Source: a virus
Lineage: Duplodnaviria > Caudoviricetes
Virus record (IMG/VR): IMGVR_UViG_3300048598_000110
Span: 1 to 26,674 of that record
Reading direction: 5' to 3' (one strand)
DNA: 26,674 nt
The stretch's first letter is position 1, and the number at the start of each line of letters is the position of its first letter. Position numbers and translations under genes: made by a program. The notes beneath the pieces were generated by a model. That model did no database searches, had not been told where the DNA came from, and saw only the letters and a program-made list of their open reading frames with translations. Below are positions 14,955 through 24,109 of this stretch, in pieces.

Positions 14955-17699
14955 CTACAGTTTCCAGTTACTATCCACGATCAGCGTCGTTCCGCTTGTT
15001 GGCGGAGTCAGCTTTCTGAGGGCCAAACCGAATATACGATTCATGGCGTCCAGTGCATTGCCAGCTCTGTCATTGGAGACCGTGAGCGTCCACTTGTTCG
15101 CGGTCGATGGCTTAGTGTTGCCGAGAAACCCAGCAATATACGGGCCGCTCGTATAGAGTTGCGTTCCCTGCACCAAAGCCATGTCGTCGACGCACACGCC
15201 GAGCAAGGCAATCTCGCTCGCAATCAGATTTGTCGTGTTGATCGTGAGAGCTTCCACTACGCGAATTCGCACATACACGGGGTTGACGTACGATGCGGGA
15301 ACGCGGAACGAGAACGCAACATGCTCGTGAGCGGTCGTGCTGATTTCAGTCGCGTTCAGCATCAAGGATGCCTCGTTGCCTGCCGAATCCGTGATAGGGT
15401 CGCCGGTAACGCTATCGACTACCTCAATGGCAATGGAGCCGGTCGTGATCGTTCCCACTGCCCGGACTCTCGCACCAACAAAATAGACCGTGTCGGTGGA
15501 AAGCGTCACCTGTTGACACAGAGCCGGCAGTGTCGTTCTGCTCGCGGGAAACTGTATGGCATAGGTGCTGTAGTTTCCTGGATTGCCAGCGACCTCAACG
15601 GTAACCTTGAAATCGCTGGTCGTCGCCGCATTCTCCACGGTTTGCAGTGTCTCGGGCACGCCTGGATAACCGTAAAAGTAGATCCGGTATTCATACACAC
15701 CTCCCGCGCCTGCGACACCCGAGGTATCCGTGCCCACGACGGTTACGGCACTAAGGCGAGGAAACTCCCGCAACGCTGCCTGAACTTCGGCAGCGGTAGC
15801 GCTCTCACTCAGACGTGGCGTCACATACACCTTGCCGTCGCACGTGTACTTGATCTGCCAATACCCGTTCCCGTTCGGACTCGCTACCGTGATCAGTTGG
15901 GTCGGGATGTTCGTCATCGTAATATCGGTGCCCGGCGTCCCCGACGAGACGAACCATCCGTCGGGAATATATTGCGACGATCCGATGAGCGTTCTACTGT
16001 CGAAGCTGCCGTTGGTCAACAGGTTTGCGCTCGACGCCACCGTCACGGCGGTGGCTGCACCGGACCCTTGCGGCCAATTGGAGGCATTCCAGTCGACCGC
16101 TGGTATATCGCTGGTAACCTGGAGCGTAACGCTGGTGGTAGACGACGCCGTTACGTCAATATTCAACTGCTCATCGTACGCATAATAGAGCGGATTCCCT
16201 ACAGCGTCTGCCATAGATATGGCGATTGCCATATCGCCGGAATTGCCGCTTCCGGCCGTGAGAGTGTAGTCGACTGACGGCACAGCGACGTATAGCCCGG
16301 CAGCCTTGAGGTTATTGAAGAACATCGACACAGCCGCCGTGGAATTCATGGCCGTGTCTCCGGTTTCGCGGCGAATCGTAGTGATCACCAACGACAAGCA
16401 CAAATTAATCAGCGTCGTTGCAAATGCTTCGTTCGCCGTTATGGCAGCTTTCATGGCACTGCTCAGGGCACTGAGGTTCAGCCACGCTTGCGGATTCAAC
16501 ATGTACGCCGTGACGAAGTTCTCAAGCCACGTGGGCATCCATGTCGTTGAAAGGGCCCCGAGAGCCGACAACAGACGCGACGCCTGGCCGATCGTGTCGA
16601 CAATCGTATTCGTGCTCGATTCGTCCGTGTAATCGAGTGCAGGGTACGATCCGGCGGCGTAGCCGTTCTTGTCGGCGTTGAGAGTCATGGATGTCGACGC
16701 GACATTCGCAGACAACGCGATGCTGCCGGGCAGCAGAACTCGCAGCCCTGACGCCGTGTTGCTCGCCGCAGACGTACCGACACTGTTGGTTGCTTTGATC
16801 GTGTAGGTCGACCACACGCCAACAGGCGCTGTCGTATCGGCGTAGGTTAGCGTACTGTAGGGCAGGTCGCTGGCAATCTGCGTGTCATTACGCCACACGC
16901 TGTACGCCACGTCTGTGATCTCAGTCGCCAGCCACACCAACGTAACTCCCGATGTGCTCGTTGAGGTTGCCGACTGCAAGACCGGAGAATCCGAAATCAC
17001 TGCCGTCCCGGACGACCATGCTCGACCGCCAGTAGCACCCGATCCGCCATCAGTCCCGGCGTCCCCGTCGGTACCGTGAGCCCATGCCCCGGTGACCGTT
17101 GAGCCTGAGCCACCTGTGACTCCCTGGCCGCCGGATCCACCGTTACCTCCGCTGTTCGATCCGCCGGATCCACCGTTGCCTCCGTACGAGTTGCCGGTGA
17201 CCGTCACCGTTGTTGCTGTGATCCCGTTGCCGCCAGTGCCACCGGCAGTGCCACTGGACCCGCTTTGACCGTTACCTCCAGCGCCGCCCTGGCACGTTCC
17301 GGTCACTGCGACGGTAGTTGCGGCCACTGCAGCCCCGCCGCTACTTCCACCGTCAGCCCCCGCTTGCCCGGATCCGCCGGTGCAGTTTCCGACGATGGTC
17401 AGCGTCGCAGACCCTGAACCGATCAAGCACGTTGCGTTGCCTCCGGTTTGTCCGTTGATATTCGCGTTGATCGTCTTGGCGGTGCTCAAGTCGATAGTGA
17501 ATCCGCCACCGTTATTGCTGTACAACGCTGTCGCGGTGAACGACTCGACGTCGATTGCGACCGCGTACCCGTTCGACTCAAACTCATCGGCCGAGTTGCT
17601 TCCCGGCGTGCCGGAATACGCGCCCCCCGTACCGTCAGCGGATGTGTTCAACGAGATGGTCGAGATATTGCCGCTCGACTGTGCGTAGTAACGAGTCAT
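14955..17699 (-). CDS. Large multidomain putative virion protein: Gly-rich region, FN3 domain, CBM-like domain (914 aa)
   Basis: GGxGGxG runs; FN3 signature VTLVW...YSVWRN...YADTT...YTIKATNSVGTSAASN; CBM4/9-like NLLTNGSFD...PDGW; no signal peptide visible. Confidence 0.75.
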   Translation of the reverse strand: MTRYYAQSSGNISTISLNTSADGTGGAYSGTPGSNSADEFESNGYAVAIDVESFTATALYSNNGGGFTIDLSTAKTINANINGQTGGNATCLIGSGSATLTIVGNCTGGSGQAGADGGSSGGAAVAATTVAVTGTCQGGAGGNGQSGSSGTAGGTGGNGITATTVTVTGNSYGGNGGSGGSNSGGNGGSGGQGVTGGSGSTVTGAWAHGTDGDAGTDGGSGATGGRAWSSGTAVISDSPVLQSATSTSTSGVTLVWLATEITDVAYSVWRNDTQIASDLPYSTLTYADTTAPVGVWSTYTIKATNSVGTSAASNTASGLRVLLPGSIALSANVASTSMTLNADKNGYAAGSYPALDYTDESSTNTIVDTIGQASRLLSALGALSTTWMPTWLENFVTAYMLNPQAWLNLSALSSAMKAAITANEAFATTLINLCLSLVITTIRRETGDTAMNSTAAVSMFFNNLKAAGLYVAVPSVDYTLTAGSGNSGDMAIAISMADAVGNPLYYAYDEQLNIDVTASSTTSVTLQVTSDIPAVDWNASNWPQGSGAATAVTVASSANLLTNGSFDSRTLIGSSQYIPDGWFVSSGTPGTDITMTNIPTQLITVASPNGNGYWQIKYTCDGKVYVTPRLSESATAAEVQAALREFPRLSAVTVVGTDTSGVAGAGGVYEYRIYFYGYPGVPETLQTVENAATTSDFKVTVEVAGNPGNYSTYAIQFPASRTTLPALCQQVTLSTDTVYFVGARVRAVGTITTGSIAIEVVDSVTGDPITDSAGNEASLMLNATEISTTAHEHVAFSFRVPASYVNPVYVRIRVVEALTINTTNLIASEIALLGVCVDDMALVQGTQLYTSGPYIAGFLGNTKPSTANKWTLTVSNDRAGNALDAMNRIFGLALRKLTPPTSGTTLIVDSNWKL

Positions 17700-17744
17700 C
17701 TGGTACGCCTTACGATTACGGGGGGATTGTGGAATTGTGATACA

Positions 17745-18518
17745 TCACGCCGCCGTTGTTGCGCAAGCCGGCAGCACAAGGCCTTCGTTACGTCCGGTGA
17801 TCTCGCGAGGGGCGAACGCACCGAACACCTGAATCCCACGAGATACTTGCGAGGCCGGCAGGTAGCCAAACCCGCCATCCTTCCATTTGAACCCGTAGGA
17901 ATTTTGAATCTCGATTTTCATTGTCTTGGGGTTGGTGGTCCCCTTGACGCCGATTGCCAGGACGCAATGCCCGCCACCGCCAGGCCAATAGACGCCGATA
18001 ACGACCGGACTTCCCCTCTGAATTGCACTCACGAGATACAGCAGACCGGGAATGTCCCAGTATTCGAAGATCCGATTCTCCTCTGCTACCGCGTTGGCGC
18101 CGTCGGGCTCCGGAGTCTCCCAGTTGGTCAATGGATACATCGCCAGCGGAAGGTGTCCGATCGTGTTGACAAAATGGCACACGTCCGAGATTGCAGACCC
18201 GCCATCTTCCCCGCCGTTGACAGCTCGGTAGATCCACGCCGGCGAGAAGTGCACGAACGGCAGTCCCTGGGCCCGTCGCAGCATGTGAGCGCACGCAACA
18301 TTGGCGAACGGGCAGCACTCGTTGGTTTGACCCTGGTACAAGATCACCGGCCGACCGTCGACCACAGGCACCAGCGGACGCAGCGAAATGTCCCGCCATT
18401 CGTTTTCTGGAATCAGCCAATCAGCCCCAGCCACCTTGAAGTGACCAGAGCCGACGCTTGATCCGAGCTTATCACGCGAACGCGGAAGGCAACCGGTACC
18501 GAGTTTGATCTTTCCCAT
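17745..18518 (-). CDS. Papain-like C1 cysteine peptidase (257 aa)
   Basis: Start reassigned to ATG 18518 (MGKIKLGTGC). QGQTNECCPFA (oxyanion Gln, catalytic Cys), FSPAWIY, GGHCVLAIG (His), IQNSYGFKWKDGGFGYL (Asn). Confidence 0.9.
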   Translation of the reverse strand: MGKIKLGTGCLPRSRDKLGSSVGSGHFKVAGADWLIPENEWRDISLRPLVPVVDGRPVILYQGQTNECCPFANVACAHMLRRAQGLPFVHFSPAWIYRAVNGGEDGGSAISDVCHFVNTIGHLPLAMYPLTNWETPEPDGANAVAEENRIFEYWDIPGLLYLVSAIQRGSPVVIGVYWPGGGGHCVLAIGVKGTTNPKTMKIEIQNSYGFKWKDGGFGYLPASQVSRGIQVFGAFAPREITGRNEGLVLPACATTAA

Positions 18519-18526
18519 ACGGCCCC

Positions 18527-18850
18527 CTATTCGCTCCACTGGTACTTGAGGAGTCGTTCGGCCAACTCGACAGCCGTCGCACCAGCCGGCAACGGGCCTT
18601 GCCACACGATTGAGCCGTAAGCATCGGCCAGAAACACGTACGGCAATGCCGACCCGGGCGGGATCAGATTGACCCAAGCTGCAATGGACGAATCACCGGC
18701 TGACCGGTCGACGTCGAACACGAACAGCCGACCTCGGCAGATCGATCGGCACTCGTCCGACAGCAACAACGCGACTTGATCGGGCGTCTGTGCGGACGAT
18801 TCACGAATCACCACCGCCTGGTAGAGCGTCGGCTGCTGTTGCTCGGTCAT
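18527..18850 (-). CDS. Hypothetical protein, possibly a thioredoxin-like fold without CxxC (107 aa)
   Basis: ATGA overlap with the portal stop; LPYVFLADAYGSIVWQGPLP resembles the cis-Pro beta-hairpin end of thioredoxin folds. Confidence 0.6.
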   Translation of the reverse strand: MTEQQQPTLYQAVVIRESSAQTPDQVALLLSDECRSICRGRLFVFDVDRSAGDSSIAAWVNLIPPGSALPYVFLADAYGSIVWQGPLPAGATAVELAERLLKYQWSE

Positions 18851-20205
18851 ACAGATGCCCCCGCGGGAACGGATATTTGTCCAGCGATCGGTAAGTGATT
18901 CTCAATGCCGGTCACTGAATCGCCTTGGTTTGGATCGGTCTGCCCAAGCTGGTTGGTTTGATCTGGCTCCGGTTGCTCGGGAATCGACAGCCGCTCACGC
19001 AACGCCTGCCAATCCACGGTCGCCGTCTCGCTGGCCAGGCCTTCGGGCGTCGTCAGAATCGCCTTGTAGACGTCCCGCAGGAAGATCCGATCCAGGTCGG
19101 TGATGGGGGCAGGCTCGACGTGAACCGTGTCCTCTACCTCCACGCCCCAATTGATCCGCAACAGGTGATTGATCAGGTGCCAGTTGATCAGCTGCACCAG
19201 CACCTGATGGCGGATCTCCATGTTGGTGATGGCGAAATCCGCGTGGGCCTCGGCCTCGGCTTTCGTGCCGAATTGTCCTTCGAGAATCGCCCGCTCGGGC
19301 ATGCCGAACGCCCGGACCTTCAATGCGTCCAAGTATTTCTGCCGGTCAATGAAGTTCGCCAGGGCGGTCCCCTGGTCGCTCAGCAGGTCAATCTTCCAGG
19401 CATCTTCTCCGAGTCCGCCATTCAGATCCTTGATTGTCTTCGAAAGCACCCGCGGAACAGCGATCGAACCGGACGATTCCAATGTGTTCAGAAATCGCCT
19501 CGCCACTTCGAAATTGTCGGTCGTCACCCCGTCAACGTTGCTTTCGCCCGGCGGGTAGTGGATGACCCAGTGAGCCCCGGCCACCTTGCGATCGTATCGG
19601 TCGGCCGCCGCCTCGACCGTGTTCCATTGATCGAAGGCCTTGCGGGCAACCTCCATGATCGACTGGCCATACCAGTTGGTCCCTTCCACGTCGATCGCAA
19701 TCAGCAGGCATTCCTGGATGCCAAGGTCGATTTGTCCGTTTGCTCCGGCATCCGCCATGTTGTAGTAGTTCTGAGGCGACTGCCGAAGGCCTGCAAAGGC
19801 CCCCGTTTTCTCGTCCACTAGGATTTCGGTGATATCCTGCAACAGCGGTTTTAATTTTCGAATCGCATACAGGCCGTCGCGACCGATCTCGAAAACCTTT
19901 TCGAACGCCTGCCACCCGAAATCAATACACCCCGTCATGGCAGTGCGAAGGATGTGGAGCCGCAAGGGCTTGATCTGGGCGTCGATGAACGTCAAGGCAC
20001 CGGGCGGAGCGTCGTCGGTTGCCTCTACCGACCATTGGGAAGCCAACACCGGGGCCATTGCCAGATCGCGAGCCAGCCGGATCGTGGGATCGAATCGCAT
20101 CGACCGGTAGGTTCGGTACGTTGCCGGCGACCGACGAGATAAGACCCCGTTGCCGTGCAGCTGAGCGTGAACCTGAGGGCCAGTGCGTTCTACGTTGAGT
20201 GCCAT
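18847..20205 (-). CDS. Portal protein, Mu gp29 (DUF935)-like (452 aa)
   Basis: Follows TerL; IDFGWQAFEKVF, WYGQSIM, GQFGTKAEAEAH, LINHLLRINWG. Confidence 0.9.
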   Translation of the reverse strand: MALNVERTGPQVHAQLHGNGVLSRRSPATYRTYRSMRFDPTIRLARDLAMAPVLASQWSVEATDDAPPGALTFIDAQIKPLRLHILRTAMTGCIDFGWQAFEKVFEIGRDGLYAIRKLKPLLQDITEILVDEKTGAFAGLRQSPQNYYNMADAGANGQIDLGIQECLLIAIDVEGTNWYGQSIMEVARKAFDQWNTVEAAADRYDRKVAGAHWVIHYPPGESNVDGVTTDNFEVARRFLNTLESSGSIAVPRVLSKTIKDLNGGLGEDAWKIDLLSDQGTALANFIDRQKYLDALKVRAFGMPERAILEGQFGTKAEAEAHADFAITNMEIRHQVLVQLINWHLINHLLRINWGVEVEDTVHVEPAPITDLDRIFLRDVYKAILTTPEGLASETATVDWQALRERLSIPEQPEPDQTNQLGQTDPNQGDSVTGIENHLPIAGQISVPAGASV

Positions 20206-21488
20206 CAGCCGGCGTAGACCTTGGGGATTTCGTTGCCGAAGTTGTATTCGAGGGGAAACAGCATGTCGATCACGTAGCCCAGGGCGTCGGACATATGGCC
20301 CAAATCTCCGTAATCGTCAGATTCTCTTGCCCCGTCCTTCCACCGACGCTGCTCGAAATCGGCAATCAACCGCGTACAACGCGGATGGACGAACAGCCGC
20401 CGCTCGCCGGCCGCATTGCACAACATGGCATTGGTGGCTGCGAAACGATCGACAACGGACGGATTGCTTCTAGGATAGAGTACCCGTCGGCCTACGAATT
20501 GTTCCGCATTTCGAATCTGCAAATAGTCCGACTCGGCCGCGGAAGTCTTGCGGGATTGCCCTGTTGCGTCGCCGCAGAAAACCCAGCCCGATTGATGGCC
20601 GCCAAGCCGCTTGTAGAGATCCGCTAACGTGGCGGCCGTGTTGGTGTCGCGCAAAACGATTTCGTCAAAAACGTGCAACGTCCGGTTGTCCTGGGAGTGG
20701 GAAAGCGTCCAACACATGGGGTTCACGTTGAAGTCAGAACCGACGATCACCGGAAGATCCGGCCGGTAACACGCAATTTCGGATCTGTTATACCTCTCGT
20801 CCCACGCGTGGAAAATTCCGCCGCCAACGGATTGCCACAGGGCCCCGAATTGCTCAGCGTAGTCCAAGGCGTCGAGGTTGCCCATCGCAAGGGTGGCGTC
20901 TTCCCGGCTGATGATGTCCGAGCTGGGCCAGGTGAACGCCGCGTGCTCATCCAGTCCCTTCAGGCCCTTTTCGAAAGCCGATTTGAATTCAGCCGCGCCG
21001 CATCCGTACCGCTTCGGAACGCCGATCCGCCAGCACCACGCCCGGCGATGGCTAAAGGCCGGATACAGCGATCGGTGGAACACACCCGGCTTCTGGTCGC
21101 TGCACTCGTCCATGATTCCGCCGTCCCATTGCACACCCTCGGCCCGCTCGGGTTTGTCCATGCCGAAAAGGTACAGCCGGGAGCCGTAAATCGTCTCAAT
21201 GAACAGTTCCGACTCGCTGATTTTTCGAATCCAGCGTTTCGGCACCAGGGCCTTAAGTGGATCCCACGCCACTCGTTTCGCCTGGGTGTAGGTCGGGAGG
21301 GCGTAGAAATACTTGGGATCCGGCCACGGCTTGACGACGTTCAGAAATCGCACCACTCGGCGCCGGGCCAATTCCGTCTTGCCCGATCCACGGCCTGCCA
21401 CCACGACCGGAAAGCGTGCCTGCGTCCGCCAGAGTGCGGCCTGAGTCGCGTGGTGCCGTAGCGGTGTCCATGCGTTGGTGAGGCTCAC
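20205..21488 (-). CDS. terL: Terminase large subunit (427 aa)
   Basis: Walker A VAGRGSGKT, Walker B GGIMDE, RNase H-like GSDFNVNP and HMSDALGY. Start reassigned to GTG 21488 (GTGA overlap). Confidence 0.95.
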   Translation of the reverse strand: MSLTNAWTPLRHHATQAALWRTQARFPVVVAGRGSGKTELARRRVVRFLNVVKPWPDPKYFYALPTYTQAKRVAWDPLKALVPKRWIRKISESELFIETIYGSRLYLFGMDKPERAEGVQWDGGIMDECSDQKPGVFHRSLYPAFSHRRAWCWRIGVPKRYGCGAAEFKSAFEKGLKGLDEHAAFTWPSSDIISREDATLAMGNLDALDYAEQFGALWQSVGGGIFHAWDERYNRSEIACYRPDLPVIVGSDFNVNPMCWTLSHSQDNRTLHVFDEIVLRDTNTAATLADLYKRLGGHQSGWVFCGDATGQSRKTSAAESDYLQIRNAEQFVGRRVLYPRSNPSVVDRFAATNAMLCNAAGERRLFVHPRCTRLIADFEQRRWKDGARESDDYGDLGHMSDALGYVIDMLFPLEYNFGNEIPKVYAG

Positions 21489-21706
21489 GACGCCCCCCAA
21501 TGGCCCCGAGGGCATCGGCCGTGCCGCCAAGTCTGCTCTGTCTTGCTTCCTCGGCTTCGAGGACAGAAGCAACGGCATCCGTAATCGCCCAGCCACTTGT
21601 AGCACGCGTTCGTTGTACAGATCGCCTTGACTGCCTGGATTTCTCCGGGTGATCTTGTCAGTCCATCGATCAATATCGGTTCCACGAATCCACTGATGCC
21701 GGCCAT
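21485..21706 (-). CDS. Small Cys-rich putative metal-binding protein (73 aa)
   Basis: Six Cys ending in CPRGHW; coupled on both sides (TGATG, GTGA). Confidence 0.7.
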   Translation of the reverse strand: MAGISGFVEPILIDGLTRSPGEIQAVKAICTTNACYKWLGDYGCRCFCPRSRGSKTEQTWRHGRCPRGHWGAS

Positions 21707-22641
21707 CAGGTGTACACCATATTCAGTTGGTCGGGCCGAAAGCGGACTAATGAAATCCGTTCGTCGTTGACGCCCATCGATGCCACGAAAGTATCACTGT
21801 CCGAAAAAGTGCCACCTTCTGACACCAGGCCGCAGGGGAACCGGATTCGCGTTCCCTCCGCTCGTTGTGGCATCTGCTCGGGCAGCTCGATCACTGGAGC
21901 CCTGGACAAGCCGATGCAACGGAACGGCGCACGGGGCTCGATTGCCACAGCTCCCACGTGGTACTGCAGGGCCGTGCCGTCGTGGACCTCGAACCTCAAC
22001 TGCGTGTGAAAGAATTGGACCAGGCAACTGCCGCCGGCGCCATGTCTGGGAATGAAATTGGTGCCCCCGCGGGGCTCGCCCCACTCCGCGGCCGACCACG
22101 GCGTAGCATGTTCAGTGATCACGGCATCCGCGGCCGATAAGCTGAAATCTTCGCGAACCGGCAGCACGACGTGATGGCCGCACCAAATCGAATAAGAACA
22201 CCACAGCCGTCCGTCGACGTCGTCGAAGAAAATCCAATTTTTATCGACGATATTTTGTTCTGGGAAATCGATTATTCGCAGGGCCAGCGGCATTCCGCTG
22301 ACATCACAGGGCCCAATCGCGATCCTCGATAGACCCTCGCCTTGCTCCCGCGTGTAGAGCGTCACGGAGCACCAGAGCTGGCCTTGGTGTTCAAAGTACC
22401 TCGGATCTTCGTACGACATCCAGCCCGGCAACAAGGCCCGCGGCACGTCCCTGGTGGTCCCCGGAATCACTTGCCAGGATTCATTGAGGTGTGACAACAC
22501 CAGCGAAGAGCAATAGGCCCCACCGATCCGGTAGAGAATCGGCCGGCAATTTCCTATGCGAGCAATGGCCGCGTTGTACCGGCGGCGCTGGACAACTCGC
22601 CGGAATGGGTCGAACTCACAGATTCCAGCGGTATCAGGCAT
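21706..22641 (-). CDS. GH130-like five-bladed beta-propeller glycoside hydrolase/phosphorylase/transferase (~311 aa)
   Basis: YNAAI...ILYR, YEDPRY, DKNWIFF, PRGGT, FFH, IRFPCGL, SMGVND in the GH130/DUF377 motif order; likely start ATG 22641. Confidence 0.78.
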   Translation of the reverse strand: MPDTAGICEFDPFRRVVQRRRYNAAIARIGNCRPILYRIGGAYCSSLVLSHLNESWQVIPGTTRDVPRALLPGWMSYEDPRYFEHQGQLWCSVTLYTREQGEGLSRIAIGPCDVSGMPLALRIIDFPEQNIVDKNWIFFDDVDGRLWCSYSIWCGHHVVLPVREDFSLSAADAVITEHATPWSAAEWGEPRGGTNFIPRHGAGGSCLVQFFHTQLRFEVHDGTALQYHVGAVAIEPRAPFRCIGLSRAPVIELPEQMPQRAEGTRIRFPCGLVSEGGTFSDSDTFVASMGVNDERISLVRFRPDQLNMVYT

Positions 22642-23110
22642 CGCGGCTATCAAGATAGGCCCTCAACTCTTGGTCGCAAGATTCCTGCCGCTCACGCAAA
22701 TAGGCGGCATCGTCGTCCAATCGCAAATTGACTCGATCCCAGCGACGAAGATGAGCTACGATGAAGTGGCAGCCGAGGCGGTTACAGATCGACCGGAGGT
22801 TGGCCGGATCTAACTCGAGTTCCGGCCGGCCGATCGCGATTGCCACATGGACGGGAATCAGGTGATGCACGCAGTCAGCCGGACCCCCACAGACGATACA
22901 ATCCGGATGTTCGTCCAGCGTGTGCTTGGCAAGCGTGTGCCATTTGGGACTTCTCGGCCGGCCGAGCAACGGAGCGTCAGCACCCAGCAATGGGATGCCA
23001 GAGCCCACCAGCACCACGCGATGGGCACAGTGTTCGCAAACCGTCTGGCTGTGCAAAACAGCTTCTTCTTCGGTGGCTCCACAGATCACACAACAGGCTT
23101 CGGTGATCAC
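22634..23110 (-). CDS. HNH endonuclease with an extra N-terminal CxxC...CxxC (158 aa)
   Basis: RSPKW...HPDCIVCG...VHHLIP...LDPANLRSIC...CH; N-terminal CVIC and CEHC. Confidence 0.88.
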   Translation of the reverse strand: MITEACCVICGATEEEAVLHSQTVCEHCAHRVVLVGSGIPLLGADAPLLGRPRSPKWHTLAKHTLDEHPDCIVCGGPADCVHHLIPVHVAIAIGRPELELDPANLRSICNRLGCHFIVAHLRRWDRVNLRLDDDAAYLRERQESCDQELRAYLDSRDA

Positions 23111-23724
23111 GATTCAGCTTCCTCTCCGTTTGGGGCGTTCGATTCTAAATCCGGCCCGGCCGGGATTGTAGCGTCCATGACTACTGCCTCTTGATCTGGT
23201 GTTAACGCGGTCCCCTCAACTCCAGCAGCCTGTTTGACTTCGTCCAAGCCAAGCAACTTAGATCGCTTTTCCACGCACTCCAGCACGATTTGCAGGTAAG
23301 ACGGATTCCCGCTCTGCCCTTCGCGACGAGTCTTGAGCTTGCGTCGGATCCACTCCAGGGAATGCTTAGGCGGAGATTTCTTTTTCTGACTGTCCTCAGC
23401 CTGCTCATCGGCCGGCTGATTCTCCGCCTCTTCCTGGATCGTCTGCCGTTCCCTCAGTGACAAATCCCAGGCATGCCACGCGGCCGATTCAACGGCGTCG
23501 ATCCTGGCTAACTCACGATTTAGAAGCTCGTTGTAGTCACGAAGGGCCGATTCCTTCCACTGTGCGCGAATGACCGCAATGTCCTTGCAGACCGTGGGGG
23601 CCGTCGTGCCAAGCTTATCGGCCACCTCTCGCATCGTGAGGCCTTGCAGGTACAGCCTCACCACAAGCTGACGGCGCTCATCCTGATTGACGTAGACTGA
23701 GAGTGGATAGCCCGGCTTGCCCAT
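23107..23724 (-). CDS. Probable terminase small subunit, HTH-type (205 aa)
   Basis: N-terminal HTH RRQLVVRLYLQGLTMREVADKLGTTAPTVCKDI; ELARID helix; RSKLLGLD motif; upstream of terL. Confidence 0.75.
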   Translation of the reverse strand: MGKPGYPLSVYVNQDERRQLVVRLYLQGLTMREVADKLGTTAPTVCKDIAVIRAQWKESALRDYNELLNRELARIDAVESAAWHAWDLSLRERQTIQEEAENQPADEQAEDSQKKKSPPKHSLEWIRRKLKTRREGQSGNPSYLQIVLECVEKRSKLLGLDEVKQAAGVEGTALTPDQEAVVMDATIPAGPDLESNAPNGEEAES

Positions 23725-23727
23725 CGT

Positions 23728-24084
23728 TCACCTGTTCGGGTAGAACCAGCCGGCAATACCGCCGAGGATGGCTGCCACGATCGTGATGAAAGCCCACCAC
23801 GCCTTTGAGAGGCCACTGTGATACTTGCTACGAATCTGATCCAGCTCCTTACGATGCTCGCGTAGCTCGCCCTTCACGTCTCGCATCTGGCCCTTAAGAC
23901 CAGGCTTGTCTGGATTACCGTCAATTCCGAAAACTTCCGTGTGCAGGGCTTTAACTTCACTACGACACGCAGCCTCCTTTTCTTCGCGGCGTTCGAAGGC
24001 AATGCGAAGCTCAGTGAATTCTCGCACAAGCGTCTTGACGTCCTTCCGCACTTCCTGTACTAGGCCGGTCTCGACGTCTGTCAT
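23728..24084 (-). CDS. Coiled-coil protein with C-terminal transmembrane helix, holin/XhlA-like topology (118 aa)
   Basis: Heptad-rich body followed by KAWWAFITIVAAILGGIAGWFY; likely start ATG 24084. Confidence 0.65.
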   Translation of the reverse strand: MTDVETGLVQEVRKDVKTLVREFTELRIAFERREEKEAACRSEVKALHTEVFGIDGNPDKPGLKGQMRDVKGELREHRKELDQIRSKYHSGLSKAWWAFITIVAAILGGIAGWFYPNR

Positions 24085-24109
24085 CGTCAGAATCCATCCA
24101 TGGTGTTTG

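Noticed and set aside
14943-16277. Long plus-strand ORFs (444 aa here; also 10045-11067, 17448-18461, 18925-19821, 7830-8606)
   Set aside because: Antisense shadows of well-supported minus-strand genes in GC-rich DNA; no recognisable motifs.
17020-17400. Gly-rich stretch as collagen or a true PE-PGRS gene
   Set aside because: No sustained Gly-X-Y register and no PE domain; treated as generic Gly-rich repeats.
17731-17748. GGAATTGTGA (lacO-like) and GTGAT-AC-ATCAC dyad, with GTATCACAA also at 26127-26135 in the opposite orientation
   Set aside because: Short matches compatible with chance; spacing does not fit a CRP site; only two instances.
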